NCBI RefSeq assembly: GCF_006345805.1
Contig: NC_042999.1
Span: forward strand, 127,658,001 to 127,722,000
Source: Octopus sinensis
Lineage: Eukaryota
Length of the DNA: 64,000 bases
Direction of reading: 5' to 3'
A program made the position numbers and the translations under genes. Below, piece after piece: positions 13,231 through 25,680 of this stretch (position 1 is its first letter; the number at the start of each line of letters is the position of its first letter). Under the pieces are notes generated by a model. The model was not told the origin of the DNA and searched no databases. It saw nothing but the letters and a program-made list of their open reading frames with translations.

Positions 13231-13549
13231 TCTCTCTATATATAAAATGTCTGTCTGTGTGTGTATCCTTTATACAAATCCACAATTTTTCAGTTAGAGG
13301 GCTCGCACTTTCTATGGTCATTCAAAACCGTCCAAGGGTGGTCGTGCACATCTTTACATTTCCCCAGTCACACCGCAAAGCCATTAAAAAAACAATAGAA
13401 GTGACTTTTTTGTGAATTTTCTATCCAAAATCTAATCAAAATGCCTGAAACTTGATACGCCAATTAAATGCCAGCTAGCTCATTGTGATTGGTCGGAGAT
13501 TTGGACAGTACTCACACTATGACCCAGCAATGCCGGGTCATAGTGCTAG
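13231..13549 (+). mobile_element. Non-autonomous mini-Helitron (319 bp)
   Basis: 5' TC(TCTCTATATATAAAA) follows A13230. The 3' hairpin has perfect 11-bp arms CACTATGACCC (13515-25) / GGGTCATAGTG (13535-45), immediately followed by CTAG (13546-49) and T. This gives an A|T insertion site with no TSD. Confidence 0.85.
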
Positions 13550-14463
13550 TAGTAAATAAAACATTTTACTGTTTTTCTTGATCCTGAATCCTCTCATTTT
13601 GTGAGGCTCACCATTTTCAGTACAGATGTCACATCTTCCTGTGCCTTATTTGGTCTGCCTGAGTTACAAATTATGATCAGCTTGCTGTTTGTAACACTGC
13701 AAAACTTACATGAACCAGTGCCATGAAAAGACTGAGTAGTTAATACTTGTGGTATTGTCTTCGACCTAAGATTGAATTGTGTAAAGATGGGTATATGTAT
13801 CAGTTGATTTGGGCCAACATATTACTGATACACCTCCGAAATCTATCTAGTCATGATATAGACTTGGAATTGTGAAAGCCAAAATTAAGAGCAACAAATC
13901 CTTCTGACGTGGCCCTGTGCTATTTGTGATAATAAAATTATTGTAATATTTCTATCTTGTATAATAATTGCACCAATTATTGGCAATTCTTTTGTCATTC
14001 CATATTTTTTTTGTTTGTTTTTCAATCTTCTCTTTCGCCTCACCAAATCGATTTTATTCATGTATTGGTAAATATTGTAGTAATACTGTTTGGAGCAATG
14101 ATTTCCAACACAAAGCTTTATAGAGAAATTTTTAAAACACATATCTGAAAAACAGGATCAGGACTCTAATACCAATATTATATTCATTATGGGTTTATGT
14201 CTGCTTTCCATGTTGGCATTGGTTGAATGGATCCATCACATTCCAAGTCAATTCTTAGACATCTCACTCACATGTTCCTTTTCTGGCATGGTTTCTGTGG
14301 TTGGATATCTTTCCCTACGACCAATCACTTTACAGAGTGTATTGGATGCATTTTATGTGGTGATATTTAGCTTGATTTACAATTGATTGTTATTGTCTAG
14401 CCCTGGTTTAACCCTAATTGAGCAGGCTTGTGGCCAAAGTTATAATATCTATAACCACCACAC

Positions 14464-14503
<40 letters not shown>

Positions 14504-15856
14504 TAGTGTAGGACATATTTAAGTAGCAATAGAAGAGATGGTAGGAGGGCAAATACAACCATATCAGTGCGGTAGCGGTCATTGTATATTTAGAAGTAAA
14601 AGTTGACTAACCAGACCAAATAGAAATTTCTATAGATACAGTCTATATGCAAGCGCTCAAGATAGGGTGGATTCATTCAAATTCTACCCCAAAATATTGC
14701 TAGTGCACATCTTACCAGTCTTGGTCACATAAAGTACTCTGAGCTTGGAATCATAATGCAATCATACCTGTAGTTTGTTTACCAAATTTTTGTATCAGCA
14801 GTAAAGATTGGATAATAAGGTGTATAGTGTTCGTGGTTATATGCAGGTGTGCTGACATAAACACATGCACATCAGGCTCAAAATGTTGATTTATTTGTAT
14901 GTATGTTTCAGCAACCAATTGTTTTCAAAGATATTCTTCATACAAAGCTAAAATATAAATAGCCATGAAATGCTTTTTTTTTTCTTGCTTTTTTCTTTGT
15001 TTTTTTTTTTTGCTTTATTTTTTCCATTTTTATTTTATATTTACATCAGGTTCAGCACTATTCTGATATTTTAATGAGTTCTTTTTATGAGTGCAGTTGG
15101 CCTTAGCCCTCTATTACTATAGTAACATAGGCCTACTACACTCAACTGTAGTATGCTGTAGTGTGCTTTTATGCTTGCTACACTTAATTGTAACTCGTTG
15201 AAGTATATTTTATTTGCTCTACTCAGCTGTGGCTTGATGTGACAGACCTATGTTTTTGTAACAAAATTGTTGCTATAGTCTGAGCTATTTTATGATCAAG
15301 GCCTGCTCAACTTGATCGCTGTAGATGTGCAGGTTTACTATACTTGACATATAAGAGACTAAATGACCATGCAACAGAAATACTGTACATGCTTAGGTAA
15401 TATATGACAAGCTATGTTGCACTTAATTCTTGGAATACATTAGAAACTGTTTTATGATTTGAAGGCTCTAGAAACTGCTTATTAAGAAATATCCAAGAAA
15501 TCATAGGTAGAGAATAGCAATGGAGTCAGTGTGGCATCATTCAAGGTGACTTATTTTCTCCTCATTGCTCTGATCCATCTGAACACAGTGCTTCAGAAAA
15601 GATTGCCAACTGAAAAAGAAAAAAAAGAAATGGGACACAACCTTAATTGTCTCTTCTTTAATGGTGATCTTTAAAAAAAATAATAATAATAATTTGTGTT
15701 GATCTCTTGAAAAATGTCACAGAACTATTCAAGTTTTGTGATTTGAGTTTGTTGAAGATGTAAAATTATAAGTAAATGTATGTGAAAAATGTAACTTGAA
15801 TCCATTAAAAGTTTTAATACTGTTGGTTATTGAATCATATATCTATTATACACACA

Positions 15857-16161
15857 CAATGGAACCTCATTTTACAAATTTAATCTGTTCCTGATGGCCA
15901 GTCATCACCAGGAATAGTTGTAAGCCAAAACTATTTTGTGTAAAAGAAATTCAAGAAAAGGCACAATGACTTCGAGCAGGGATGTGCACTGTGCTAAAGT
16001 TAGACAGCAACTGACACTCTCTCACTGATAACTTCCAGCTTCTCACCAACCATTGTTGCCAGCTTGCATGTTTGTTACTTGAAACACTGTTCATCACCCG
16101 AGATGTTTTATGCTCAAAAAATTGTTTGTGATGAGAGCATTTGTAAACTGAGTTTCCACTG
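15857..16161. mobile_element. Tigger/pogo-like MITE
   Basis: 23-bp TIRs CAATGGAACCTCATTTTACAAAT / ATTTGTAAACTGAGTTTCCACTG (20/23 complementary); CAGTGG-type ends. Confidence 0.75.
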
Positions 16162-16524
16162 TGTGTGTTCTTAAAACAGTATTCTCCAAATTAGGATGTG
16201 TATCAGGGTGTATTCCACAACACAGTCTAATATTGCTTTTGTTGTATGATAGAAAACTGTCTTTGGATTTCTTTATTTTGCATTCAAGCCTTACTCATCA
16301 ACATACCACCATACCATAATCATTATCATTTTCACTCTCATCAGCATCCCCATCACCACATTCCCTTTTCATTATCCATTACCACTCTCATCCTCACCAC
16401 CATTCCTATCTTCATTACCAACATAAAAAAAATTATCATCGTGAATTATGTTTGCATGTTCCTGTCTGTAGTAAATTAATTATAGGATATTTTCTGACCT
16501 TGTCTTTTTTCTTTTTTCTTGTAG

Positions 16525-16651
16525 GGAGATTCCAGTGAATACTAGGCCTGTGATGAGTTCAAAAAATGGAACTAAAGCCCCCCTCTGTAAAGTCTGCGGG
16601 GATGAGTCATCGGGCTTCCATTATGGAGTTGATTCCTGTGAAGGATGTAAG
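16525..16651 (+). CDS. Nuclear receptor exon encoding zinc finger 1 and P-box (NR1C/D/E/F group, NR1CDEF-like)
   Basis: Polypyrimidine tract + TAG acceptor (16522-24) and donor AAG|GTAGGA. Encodes [42 protein letters not shown]. The in-frame ATG at 16553 may be the start; the frame is also open back to the acceptor. Confidence 0.95.
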
Positions 16652-16899
16652 GTAGGAAGTTCGGTTTATATTTTTATGGGTTTTTTTTTTCTTTATTTAT
16701 AATACATAGAAAAGGGGTAAAAAAAATAATTCCATATATATTCTTAAATACCCTTTTACTAGTTTCAGGTTTTAGCTGGTCATGCTGTGGTGCCAACATC
16801 TAAACATATATATATGAGTAAAGGCATGGAAATGAGTGAAGCTAAGAGTAGCTTCCAATTCAAATGAATGAATATATAGTAGCATTTCAAAATAAAGCA

Positions 16900-17107
16900 C
16901 AAATATATTGGTTTATAATTTTGGCAGAAGGCCAGCTGTTTCAGGAGAGGGGATAAGTTGATTATAGCAATCACAGTGTTCAACTGGTACTTATTTTAGC
17001 AACCCTAAAGATGAAAGACAAAGTAGACCTTGGCTGAATTTGAAGTCAGTACATGGAAACAGATGAAATGCCACTCAGCATTTCATTCTGCCAGCTTGCC
17101 ACCTTAA
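16900..17107 (-). mobile_element. SINE family A, near full length
   Basis: Reverse complement of the family A consensus, including the B-box (TTTGAAGTC) and the head CTGCCAGCTTGCCACC. Confidence 0.75.
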
Positions 17108-17177
17108 ACACAAGTAAATATGATAGTATATTTATGATGCATTTTATTTAAATAGGTATCGTGACACTAATACTATA

Positions 17178-17625
17178 GATCATCATCATCATCATTTAAT
17201 GTCTGTTTTCTATGTAAGCATGGGTTGGACAGTTTGGCAGGATCAGGTCCCACATGGTTTTTGTAGCTGGGTACTCTTCCTAATGCCTACCACTTCACAG
17301 TGTGTACTGAGTACTTTTTCCATGACACTGCTATGAAAAGAAAGGAAAAGGGAAAAGCCCCCTTGATTGAGTTGAAGTGTATTTAAAGGAGGATAAGGTA
17401 GATTTAGGCTAGGAGTGGTGTTGATGGCTAAAGTATGATAGAGAGACGAGCACAGGTGTCTTGCTATAGAGCTGACACATGGATACCCTGTATTTATGTA
17501 AAGGTAAGTGAAGGGAGATAAAGATATTGGTAACTAGGTGCCAGATATTACTCTCCAGGTACAAGAAGATGAATATAAAGGAGAATATAAACAGTGGTGA
17601 ATCAGAAGGAAAGGAGAGGATGGAT

Positions 17626-17657
<32 letters not shown>

Positions 17658-17815
17658 CATCATCATCATCGTCATTTAACATCCACTTTCCATACTGGCA
17701 TAGGTTGAATGGTTTGACCAGAGCTGGTAAGCAGGAGAGCTGCGCCAGCTTCGGGTCTGATTTGGCTTGGTTTCTATGGCTGGATGGTTTTTTACTTGGC
17801 ACTGGCACAGGTGCT
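17178..17815 (-). mobile_element. Two short elements ending in the RTE 3' tail
   Basis: (CAT)n-TTTAA..TTTCCAT..GCATGGGTTGGAC..GGATG..CTTCCTAATGCC is the reverse complement of the tail at 1910-2061. Copies start at ~17178 and ~17657. Confidence 0.75.
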
Positions 17816-17825
17816 ACTTAACGTA

Positions 17826-18010
17826 GTGCCATCAGGTGAATTACTAGAATTAGCAGGCTGTTGGATAAAGCACCTTGTTATGCTTGGTTTTGTTGCTTTA
17901 TGTTCTCAGTTCAAATCCAACTCCATCCCACTTTGCTTTTCATCCTTCTGGGGTTGATAAAGTAAACACCAAGTGATAAAATAAGTGCTGAAGTTGATGT
18001 AACTGACTAT
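17826..18010 (+). mobile_element. SINE family A
   Basis: CTCAGTTCAAATCC B-box followed by CTTTGCTTTTCATCCTTCTGGGGTTGATAAA. Confidence 0.7.
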
Positions 18011-18212
18011 AGTATAGTAGGCAGTAAGTAACCCAGCTTAGCCTCAGGTCAATGACTGAAAGTAGTGAAAGTATGTACTGTGTGTGTGTGTGCGCGCACG
18101 CTATTAAACTTTATAAACACAAATTTGAGACAGAAAAGAGTAACAAGCTGAATGATAGGTCTCAAGCCATCTATCTTTCAGTAGATGCCTAGGCCCATAA
18201 AAACTTATTTTT

Positions 18213-18216
<4 letters not shown>

Positions 18217-18290
<74 letters not shown>
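18217..18290. repeat. (TC)n microsatellite
   Basis: Pure TC run. Others at ~22797-22865, ~46075-46120, ~46428-46490, ~55828-55860. Confidence 0.95.
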
Positions 18291-18293
<3 letters not shown>

Positions 18294-19074
18294 CTCATTT
18301 ATCTTTTATTTACAGTTAATTGTTTTTGTATCATATCACTTTATACCAAAGTAGTTTTCCTCTCACTTTTTCTTCCTTTTCTCTCTCCCTTTCTCTTGCC
18401 TCCACCTCTTTTCCCTGTATCTTTCTCCCCTAACTCTTCCTGCCACCTCACTCTGTACTTTTGACCATTTACATCTTAATCCGTAATTTTATACATTAAC
18501 TGAACTGACATTTTCTAATCTGATTCATTACATTTTAGATTAAAATTACATTGTTGCCATTTTTGTTGTTGTGCTGAGGAATGCAAGATGAGTGGCAAAA
18601 AACACTAGAATGCCAAAACACATAGATCAAAATAGTTAAGCCACTTCGCATTGTGAGTTCAAATCCCAGTCCATTCTACTTAGCATTCCATTTTGTAAAA
18701 TTGATATTGTAGGCACAAGAAATACAAGATGGGAAGAGAGGAATGGCCAGCAATCAATTCATGTCAACTGTATCCTTACTCTGAATTAAAGTGTGACTTT
18801 ATTCCAATGGAAGAAGTTGTTGCTGCTGCAATTAAGTGACAGGATCAATAACAAGACCTTGTCTTACAGTGATATCTAAGTTGCTTCATGCTCTGAGTGC
18901 AAAAACGTCCTGGCTAAGCTTTTCCCTTACTTCCTTTAACCCTGTGGTATTCTAATCAGCCTTATCCGGCCCAGATATTCTACCTGTTTTATGTTCAAAC
19001 TGACCAGATCAGGCCTCTCACATTTATCTAACAATGTCATTCTAAAATTAGACACTCACAAAGCTACAAAATAA

Positions 19075-19381
19075 CTGGCACTCTGTCAGTTACAACAACA
19101 AGAGTTCCAGTTGATCCAATTGACGGAACAGCCTGTTTGTGAAATTAATGTGCAAGTGACTGAGCACTCTAGAGACATGTTCTCAGAGAGATTCAGCATA
19201 ACAAAGAATGTGACAATGCTGGCCCTTTGAAATACAGGTACTACTCATTTTTGCCAGTTGAGTGAACAGGAGCAACATGAAATAAGGTATCTTGCTCAAG
19301 AATACATGTCACCGGGGATTGAACTCACAACCTTACAATTGTGAACCAAATACCCTAACCACGAAGCCATGTACCTTCATA
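19075..19381 (-). mobile_element. tRNA-head SINE family C with 11-bp target-site duplication
   Basis: On the minus strand, A-box TGGCTTCGTGGTTAGG and B-box GAGTTCAATCC. Flanked by CTACAAAATAA at 19064-74 and 19382-92. Confidence 0.85.
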
Positions 19382-19399
19382 CTACAAAATAATGTATGA

Positions 19400-19762
19400 T
19401 AAGTTGAGCACTCAGAGAGTGTAAACTGCCACCAAGGCATCACCAATGTCCTCTCAACGATTAGCCAGAGATGATTTTTTAAATATCTGAAATACACTCG
19501 ACTGCTCTCACAAACAAGAATACTAAAAATGAACCCGACTGCTCTAAAAAAATTAAGTAAAAAAGCTGGAAAAATAATCCAGAATCCTTGTCCAGTACCT
19601 GATCAATCCCAAAATCTAATCAGTTCATGCTAGTCATGAAGCCAAACATCCATGTAAGTTTCATCCAAATCCATTCAGCAGTTCTTGAGATATCTTGTCC
19701 ACAGACAAACAAACAAACATGACTGAAAACAATACCTCCGCCTTTGCTAAGGTGGAGGTAAT
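19400..19762 (+). mobile_element. DINE-1/HINE-like non-autonomous Helentron
   Basis: Core AAGTTTCATCCAAATCC..TTGAGATATC and (CAAA)n microsatellite. The 3' stem-loop TACCTCCGCCTT-TGCT-AAGGTGGAGGTA spans 19733-60, with a related motif near the 5' end. Second copy at 57390-57742. Confidence 0.65.
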
Positions 19763-19959
19763 AAATAAATATTACGTTTCATATAAAGTAATCTAAATGC
19801 TAAAAGGTTTAAGCTACTAAAATTATAACCAGTGAAATACTAGTTCCTCTAATTGGCTATACCATCATCATAACACTTTTAACATCCACTTTTTCCTTGT
19901 TTGCATAAGTTAGATGGAATTCATAAGATTTTCTATGTCCAGGTACCCTTCTTACCCAA

Positions 19960-20205
19960 CCCTCATCTATCCCAAATGAAGTAGATTTTCTCCATGACCA
20001 AACATGTTTTTATGGAAGATTGGAGAATGAAGGACACCACCAGTATGATGGTGGTGCTTATTTGCAACTGTTATGTGATACACAAAATAGGCTTCTTCCA
20101 GTTTCCTCCTACCAGATCTCACACGGCTTTGGTTATCTGTGACTATTGTAGAGGGGCCACACAGTTGGATTGAACCCAATGCGATGTGTTTAGGAAGTAA
20201 ACATC
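19960..20205 (-). mobile_element. SINE family B, degenerate
   Basis: Reverse complement of the family B head and body. Confidence 0.6.
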
Positions 20206-20339
20206 ATAGCCTTCTACTAAAGAAGGCTGGAGTTTTAATATTAAGATACACAATCAATATTTATCACTATCAAGGCTAGAACCTTTTCCACTAACATTAC
20301 TACTGTCATACTATGCACCACTGTGCTGTGCATGTTGTC

Positions 20340-20700
20340 TTCAAAATCAGCTTTGGTCTAGGTTAGAGATTGTATTACCACAAAAATTTGCATCACTAGG
20401 TGCTTCTTTACACCATTCCCTTGTGCAGCTGTTAGATATGGCCAATGAGAGTGGTAGACTTACAAATACTGGAACAATTTGCTCACTCTTACGATTGCCA
20501 AATGCTCTGTGTTTATGCTTTAGATTTGGTATCAAACTTCAAAGTTCATCTGCACAAAAAGCATCTCAATTGGTTCGGTCACACACTCCATCATCCACAA
20601 GATGAACTTGTCCTTGCACCAGAACTTATACAGGGACAGTGTAAACCATTATTAGGTGGACAGTCAATTTTTGAATCTAGCTAGTCATTGTGCATACACT
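20340..20700 (+). pseudogene. Decayed RTE-clade LINE C-terminal fragment
   Basis: ORF 20445..20684 contains KHLNWFGHTLH and GGQ, resembling RTE LRWLGHVLR...RGGQ. Confidence 0.6.
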
Positions 20701-21659
20701 CATAACTAGTTGATGATTGCTATGTGATCACCAGGCACAATTAACTTCAATTTGTGGTGATACTGTGAATTCATTGTTTCAGGTCTGTCCAACTCATTCT
20801 GGGGAAAGATACAAGCACAGGTACTATTGTGAAGGCTATCACAGATTAGATGTAGTAGCCTGGATTTAATTTATGTTTGGAATTATTTCATAGCACAAAT
20901 CTTCTGGGGAGAGGCATAAATGCCACCCCTTCCCATTTCTATTTTTACCTATTTCTGACTTAGAATTAAAATGTCCAAGTGGATGATGTGTATGGGCATC
21001 TTCAGTACAAACTTGTTGTGTACCTAAATTAACTTTAAGTCTGTCCACCTGGTTGTGAATGTTACTTGTTACAGGTTAGCATGCTATCCCTGGGAATTTT
21101 CCCTGCATCAGCTTAATGCTCTATGGAGGCAGCTAATTCTATATTATTTTAAAAGTGGTTAGGAAACTATGAGAAGCAACCACGTATTTACATTTAGTTC
21201 TGATTCCATGTTTTCTGTTGTATGATTTTACAAAATCCACCATTAATGCAGAGGAATACATGCACATGCGCACACAACACACTTCCTGTCTACCAAATTT
21301 CGCTCGTGGCTATTGAAGAAGAAAGACATCTGTCAACAGTGTCTGTAGTACAATCAATGGGAACAAGCCCTAACACACACACACATATAGTGACCTATAA
21401 CAATTTCATTCGCCATTGACCTTACCTCATCCCCTGTTTGCCGTTCATTGCATTCATCTACATCTCTTCACACTGTCGAGAACTTACTCTTGTTTCTCTG
21501 TCCCTATCCCCCTCATTTGTGGGTATGGCCTTACACCTCATCACTACCACCTCTCTCCAGTTGGTTTAGCCATATATCTCCTCTACTACAAAACACTTGT
21601 TCTTATCCCTTTATCATACACCTGGCATCTAGCTGCCTCTTTCAGTACTACACCATCAC

Positions 21660-21880
21660 TCAGTTATAGAGTCTTGTGAGTTACTGAGTGACCATAATAG
21701 TGCCAGTGACACAAAAAGCAGTCGGTACACATTGTAAAGTGGTTGGCATTAGGAAAGGCATCCAGCTTTAGGAACCATGTCAAAGCAGACATTGGAGCAT
21801 GATTCAGTCCTCTTGCTTGTCAGATCCTGTCAAACCATCCAACCCTTGGCAGCATGGAGTATGGATGTTAAATGATGATG
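21660..21880 (+). mobile_element. RTE-tail-bearing short element
   Basis: GTGGTTGGCATTAGGAAAGGCATCCAGC...CCATCCAACCC..GCAGCATGG..GTTAAATGATGATG matches 1912-2061. Confidence 0.75.
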
Positions 21881-21917
21881 AGAGCAATATGTAATTAAAA
21901 GAAAAAATAACAACAAT

Positions 21918-22232
21918 AAAAACTGACAGTCCCTCAGTTACAATGATGAGGGTTCCAGTTGATCCAATCAACTGAACAGCCTGCTCATGAAATTAACATG
22001 CAAGTGGCCTAGCTCTTCACAGACACGCATACCCTTAACATAATTCTCAAGCAGATTCACCGTGACACAGAATATGGTAAGGCTGGCCCTTTGAAATACA
22101 GGTACAACCCATTTTTGCTAGCAACATGAAATAAAGTGTCTAGCTCAAAAGCACAATGCACCACTGGAAATTAAATTCACGACCTAACAATTGTGAGTTG
22201 AATACCCGAACCACTAAGCCATGCGCCTTCAC
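21918..22232 (-). mobile_element. SINE family C, second copy
   Basis: Aligns over ~300 bp with 19075-19381. Confidence 0.85.
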
Positions 22233-22794
22233 AAACGATATATATAAATACATACATGCACATTATTGCCCATTTACCAAATGAATTAATTTTTTAAAGA
22301 TAGTTTCAAAAAAACTTCTACATTATTCAGTGTATCCATAGCAAAAATTAACTCCCATTACTTTAAGTATCTTTGTAAGAGGCAGCCATTAAATGGTATA
22401 TTGATGAAGAAATATTTTTTTAGGATTGCTTCTTCAGCAAGAAATTTGAAGTAATAGAAATGTAGACACTCTTAATTATAACGTAATTGTATAATTACAC
22501 AGCTAGACATATTGTTTACTCTTTGCTTTGTTCATACTATTACTTGAAAACACACACACCATTATCATCATCATTGCATTTTAACATCCACTTTTCCTAG
22601 CTGGCATGGATCTGGCCATAATTTTAGTGAAGCAGATTTTTCTACAGTTTGGGCATTTCCCCATGTCTAACAAACCAGGAGCAGCCCAGATATTTCTGAA
22701 CAGAGGATTACAAACAAATGAAACCATTTGTGTGAATGGTGATTCTCTGTTTACAATCTACATATACATGGACACAACATGGAGAATTCATACT

Positions 22795-22852
<58 letters not shown>

Positions 22853-23689
22853 GTTCTCTCTCTCTCACACACACACACATGCATATGATTGGCTTCTCCC
22901 CATTCATGTCCACCAAATTTCATTCACAAGGCATTGGTTAACTTGCAGCTGTAGTAGAAGACACTAGCCAACACCATCTGCACAATAGGTACAAACCTTA
23001 AACCACATACACACACATGTGTGTGTTTGTTAACAGTTATGTTTTTTTTTTTTTTATGTTGTTTCATTTCTAGGACTGTAATTATATCATATATCTGTGT
23101 AAATAGGTAACAAGTTTTCCATTAAGATATGTTATATTGAAGAGAAAACATGACTAATGATTGTATTTATAGTGTGTTTGTGTTTGCATATGTATGTATG
23201 TTTATTACATCAAAAGTTAAGTCTACTCTGAGTTTTGCCTTCGGCTGGGCTGGGCTGTCAGTTTTTGATGTTATAAACATACATTTCTCTCCATGCTGCC
23301 CAACATATTGAGTTCAGTAGCAGATAATGTTTATACTATGTAAAATAAAAAAAGTCTATTTTTTAATATAATTTACAACTCGTACATTATGATGTGTGCG
23401 TGTATGTATGCATGTATGTGTGTATACATTGCGTACATACATATGTAGGTATGTGTATGTATGTGTACATTGTGGCCAAATGATTAGCAACTAAATCACC
23501 GCACCTATCCAGTTTATATGGGGAGGAGTACTTCACAGGATTAAAAACAAAATCTGGAGAGGAGATAGGCACCGCCAGTTCAGCTGCCTATTGAAATACA
23601 CACTGTTGTGCATCTACAACTCCTTCAGGCTATGGATTTAGGTTAAATGAATAATGTGTGTGTGTGTGTGTGTGGTAGAGAGAGAGAGA

Positions 23690-24110
23690 AAACTGTGCCG
23701 GTTTGGTCATGTGGTGGGTGTGGATGAGGACAGCTGCATAAAGAAGTGCTGAGCTCTGGTTGTGGAAAGAAGCTATGGAAGGGGTATACCCAAGGAGACG
23801 TGGGACGAAGTGGTGAGAAAAAGGGTCTTCAGTCACTAGGCCTCACTGAGGAAATGGACAAGGGACAGGGAGATGTGATATGCTGTATTTGAAAAGATGT
23901 GTCGATCCTCAGGAAAATCGCTGTCATCCATACCCACAGGCCCATCCTTTGCAGGTGCCGGTACCACATGAAATACACTTGTGCCAGTGCTGTGTAGACG
24001 CACCCATGCCAGTAACTTGTGAAAAGCCTCAAGCTCATTCTATAGAGTGATTGGTGTTAGAAAGGGCATCCAGCTGTAGAGACCATATCACAACAGACAA
24101 TTGGAATCTT
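23690..24110 (+). pseudogene. Decayed 3' fragment of an RTE related to 1-2063
   Basis: Translates FGHVVGVDEDSCIKKC*...GRGIPKETWDEVVR..GLTEEM, paralleling 1250-1450, then continues into the tail motif GGTGTTAGAAAGGGCATCCAGCTGTAG. Confidence 0.8.
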
Positions 24111-25256
24111 GACAGCTACTCTGAGTGGCCAGCTACACTTTTCTAAAAATTCTAGTCACTGCATTGAGGTTCTTTTGATGGTGTGTGTGTGTAGGTAGGT
24201 TGTATGTGTGCAGAGTTCTGTACATATCTGTATTTTGATGCAGGCTATGATATCTGCTTGGTTTCTAAAATTAATTTTTCTCAAGTCGTTGACTCCACAA
24301 ACACTCGCCCCTGTCCCCACTTCCATCTCATCCCCATAATACTATTAATCTTACTCTTACTTTATAATTCTTTCTGAGTGTTGAGTATGAAGTAAGTTGT
24401 CCTACATTAACATACCTTTAGCAAGTGTTCCATGAACCACCAAGGAATGCCATGTTAACACAACATAGTGCTTACTTTCTCTCTCTCTCTCTCTCTCTTT
24501 AGCATCAGATAAATCATGTGACTTACACAACATATGTTAGTCAAGACCTTACACTATTATCCTTCAAATAGGACAAAAAGTTAGCATACCACTCCTCCCT
24601 CCCCCATGAACACGCAAGCACACACACACACACACACTTTTCTTAACCGTTCTTTTTGCTGTCTTTGAAATTGTCAGTCAATGAATTTACCAATGGGTGC
24701 CACCAGCTGCTCTTCAGCATTTTTCTTTCTTCAATTATTCCCCAAACAGTATTCACATCTGTATGTTTATTTTCTTTATATACTTTTATTTTTCATTGCT
24801 GTTTTAACTGTAATTCTATTCTTAAGCCTAACCTTTGTGCTTAATTTTCTTTCTTTCTTTTTCTCCTTTCAATTATTTTGTGAAATTCTTCAAACTTTCA
24901 GTTGTGTTTAAGAATTAAGATATTTTGCGATGAAATGGCAAATTTTTAGGCAGCATCGGCGGCTACAACAGGAGCAGCAACTTCAAAGAATATTGCAAAA
25001 TTGATCATAATTCGCTCAGTTACATAATCCTTCCTTTCATAACTTCTATCTTTTACTCATTTGTCTTCAACTCTTATGTCAGTTTTTAGCTTTCTTATAT
25101 CATGTGTGACAGTTAGTCAGAATCATGTACTGGGCACTTTTTTGTGGTATACATTCAGATATCCGGAAAGAATAGAAGATAGAATGTTGCATTGAGTTAG
25201 TGGTTGTAGTATTTTGATGATTGAGGGTTTACCAATGAAGCAGATAGTCCCATAGG

Positions 25257-25680
25257 TGTAGGCATGGCTGTGAGGTAAGAAGTTCACTTCGCATCCACAT
25301 GATTCTGGGGTCAGTCCCACTGCATGGCACCTTGGACAAGTGCCCTCTGCTGTAACCTTGTGAGTGGATTTGGTTGGTGAAAACTGAAAGAAACTTTTTG
25401 TGTGTGTATATATATATATATATGTGTGTGAGTGTGTATCTTTTACCATCTCCTTGTCTTGACATTGCATGGTAGTTGTAAATGAGTATCACTGTCAAGC
25501 AAGCAGTGTCTTTCATTTCCAGTCTTCCATGGAAACATGTCTGGTCATAGGGAAATATTACTTTGCATGAAAGAAGTGAGGGTCAGTGGCAAGGAGGGCA
25601 TCCAACAGTAGAAAATTCACATCAACATATTCTGTCCATCTCATGCAAGTATGGAAAAACCATAATGATGACGAATTACA
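25257..25680 (+). mobile_element. tRNA-head SINE family B with an RTE-like tail
   Basis: A-box TGGCTGTGAGGTAAG, B-box GGGTCAGTCCC, central CCTTGGACAAGTG, 3' AGGAGGGCATCCAAC...ATGATGAC. Confidence 0.75.

Larger units (their letters stand above)
18936..19812 (-). mobile_element. piggyBac-like MITE (family of 35404-35623, opposite orientation) split by two nested insertions
   Basis: Left end TTAACCC at 18936 and right end ATGCTAAAAGGTTTAA at 19797-19812. The internal pieces match the reverse complement of the 35.4-kb copy. Confidence 0.75.

Noticed and set aside
24928-25030. Short Gln-rich ORF (MKWQIFRQHRRLQQEQQLQRILQN) and an adjacent perfect D-box (GTTACATAAT, 25019-28)
   Set aside because: The ORF is only 24 codons from degenerate CAG/GCA sequence, and a single 10-mer hit in 64 kb of AT-rich DNA is not evidence by itself.
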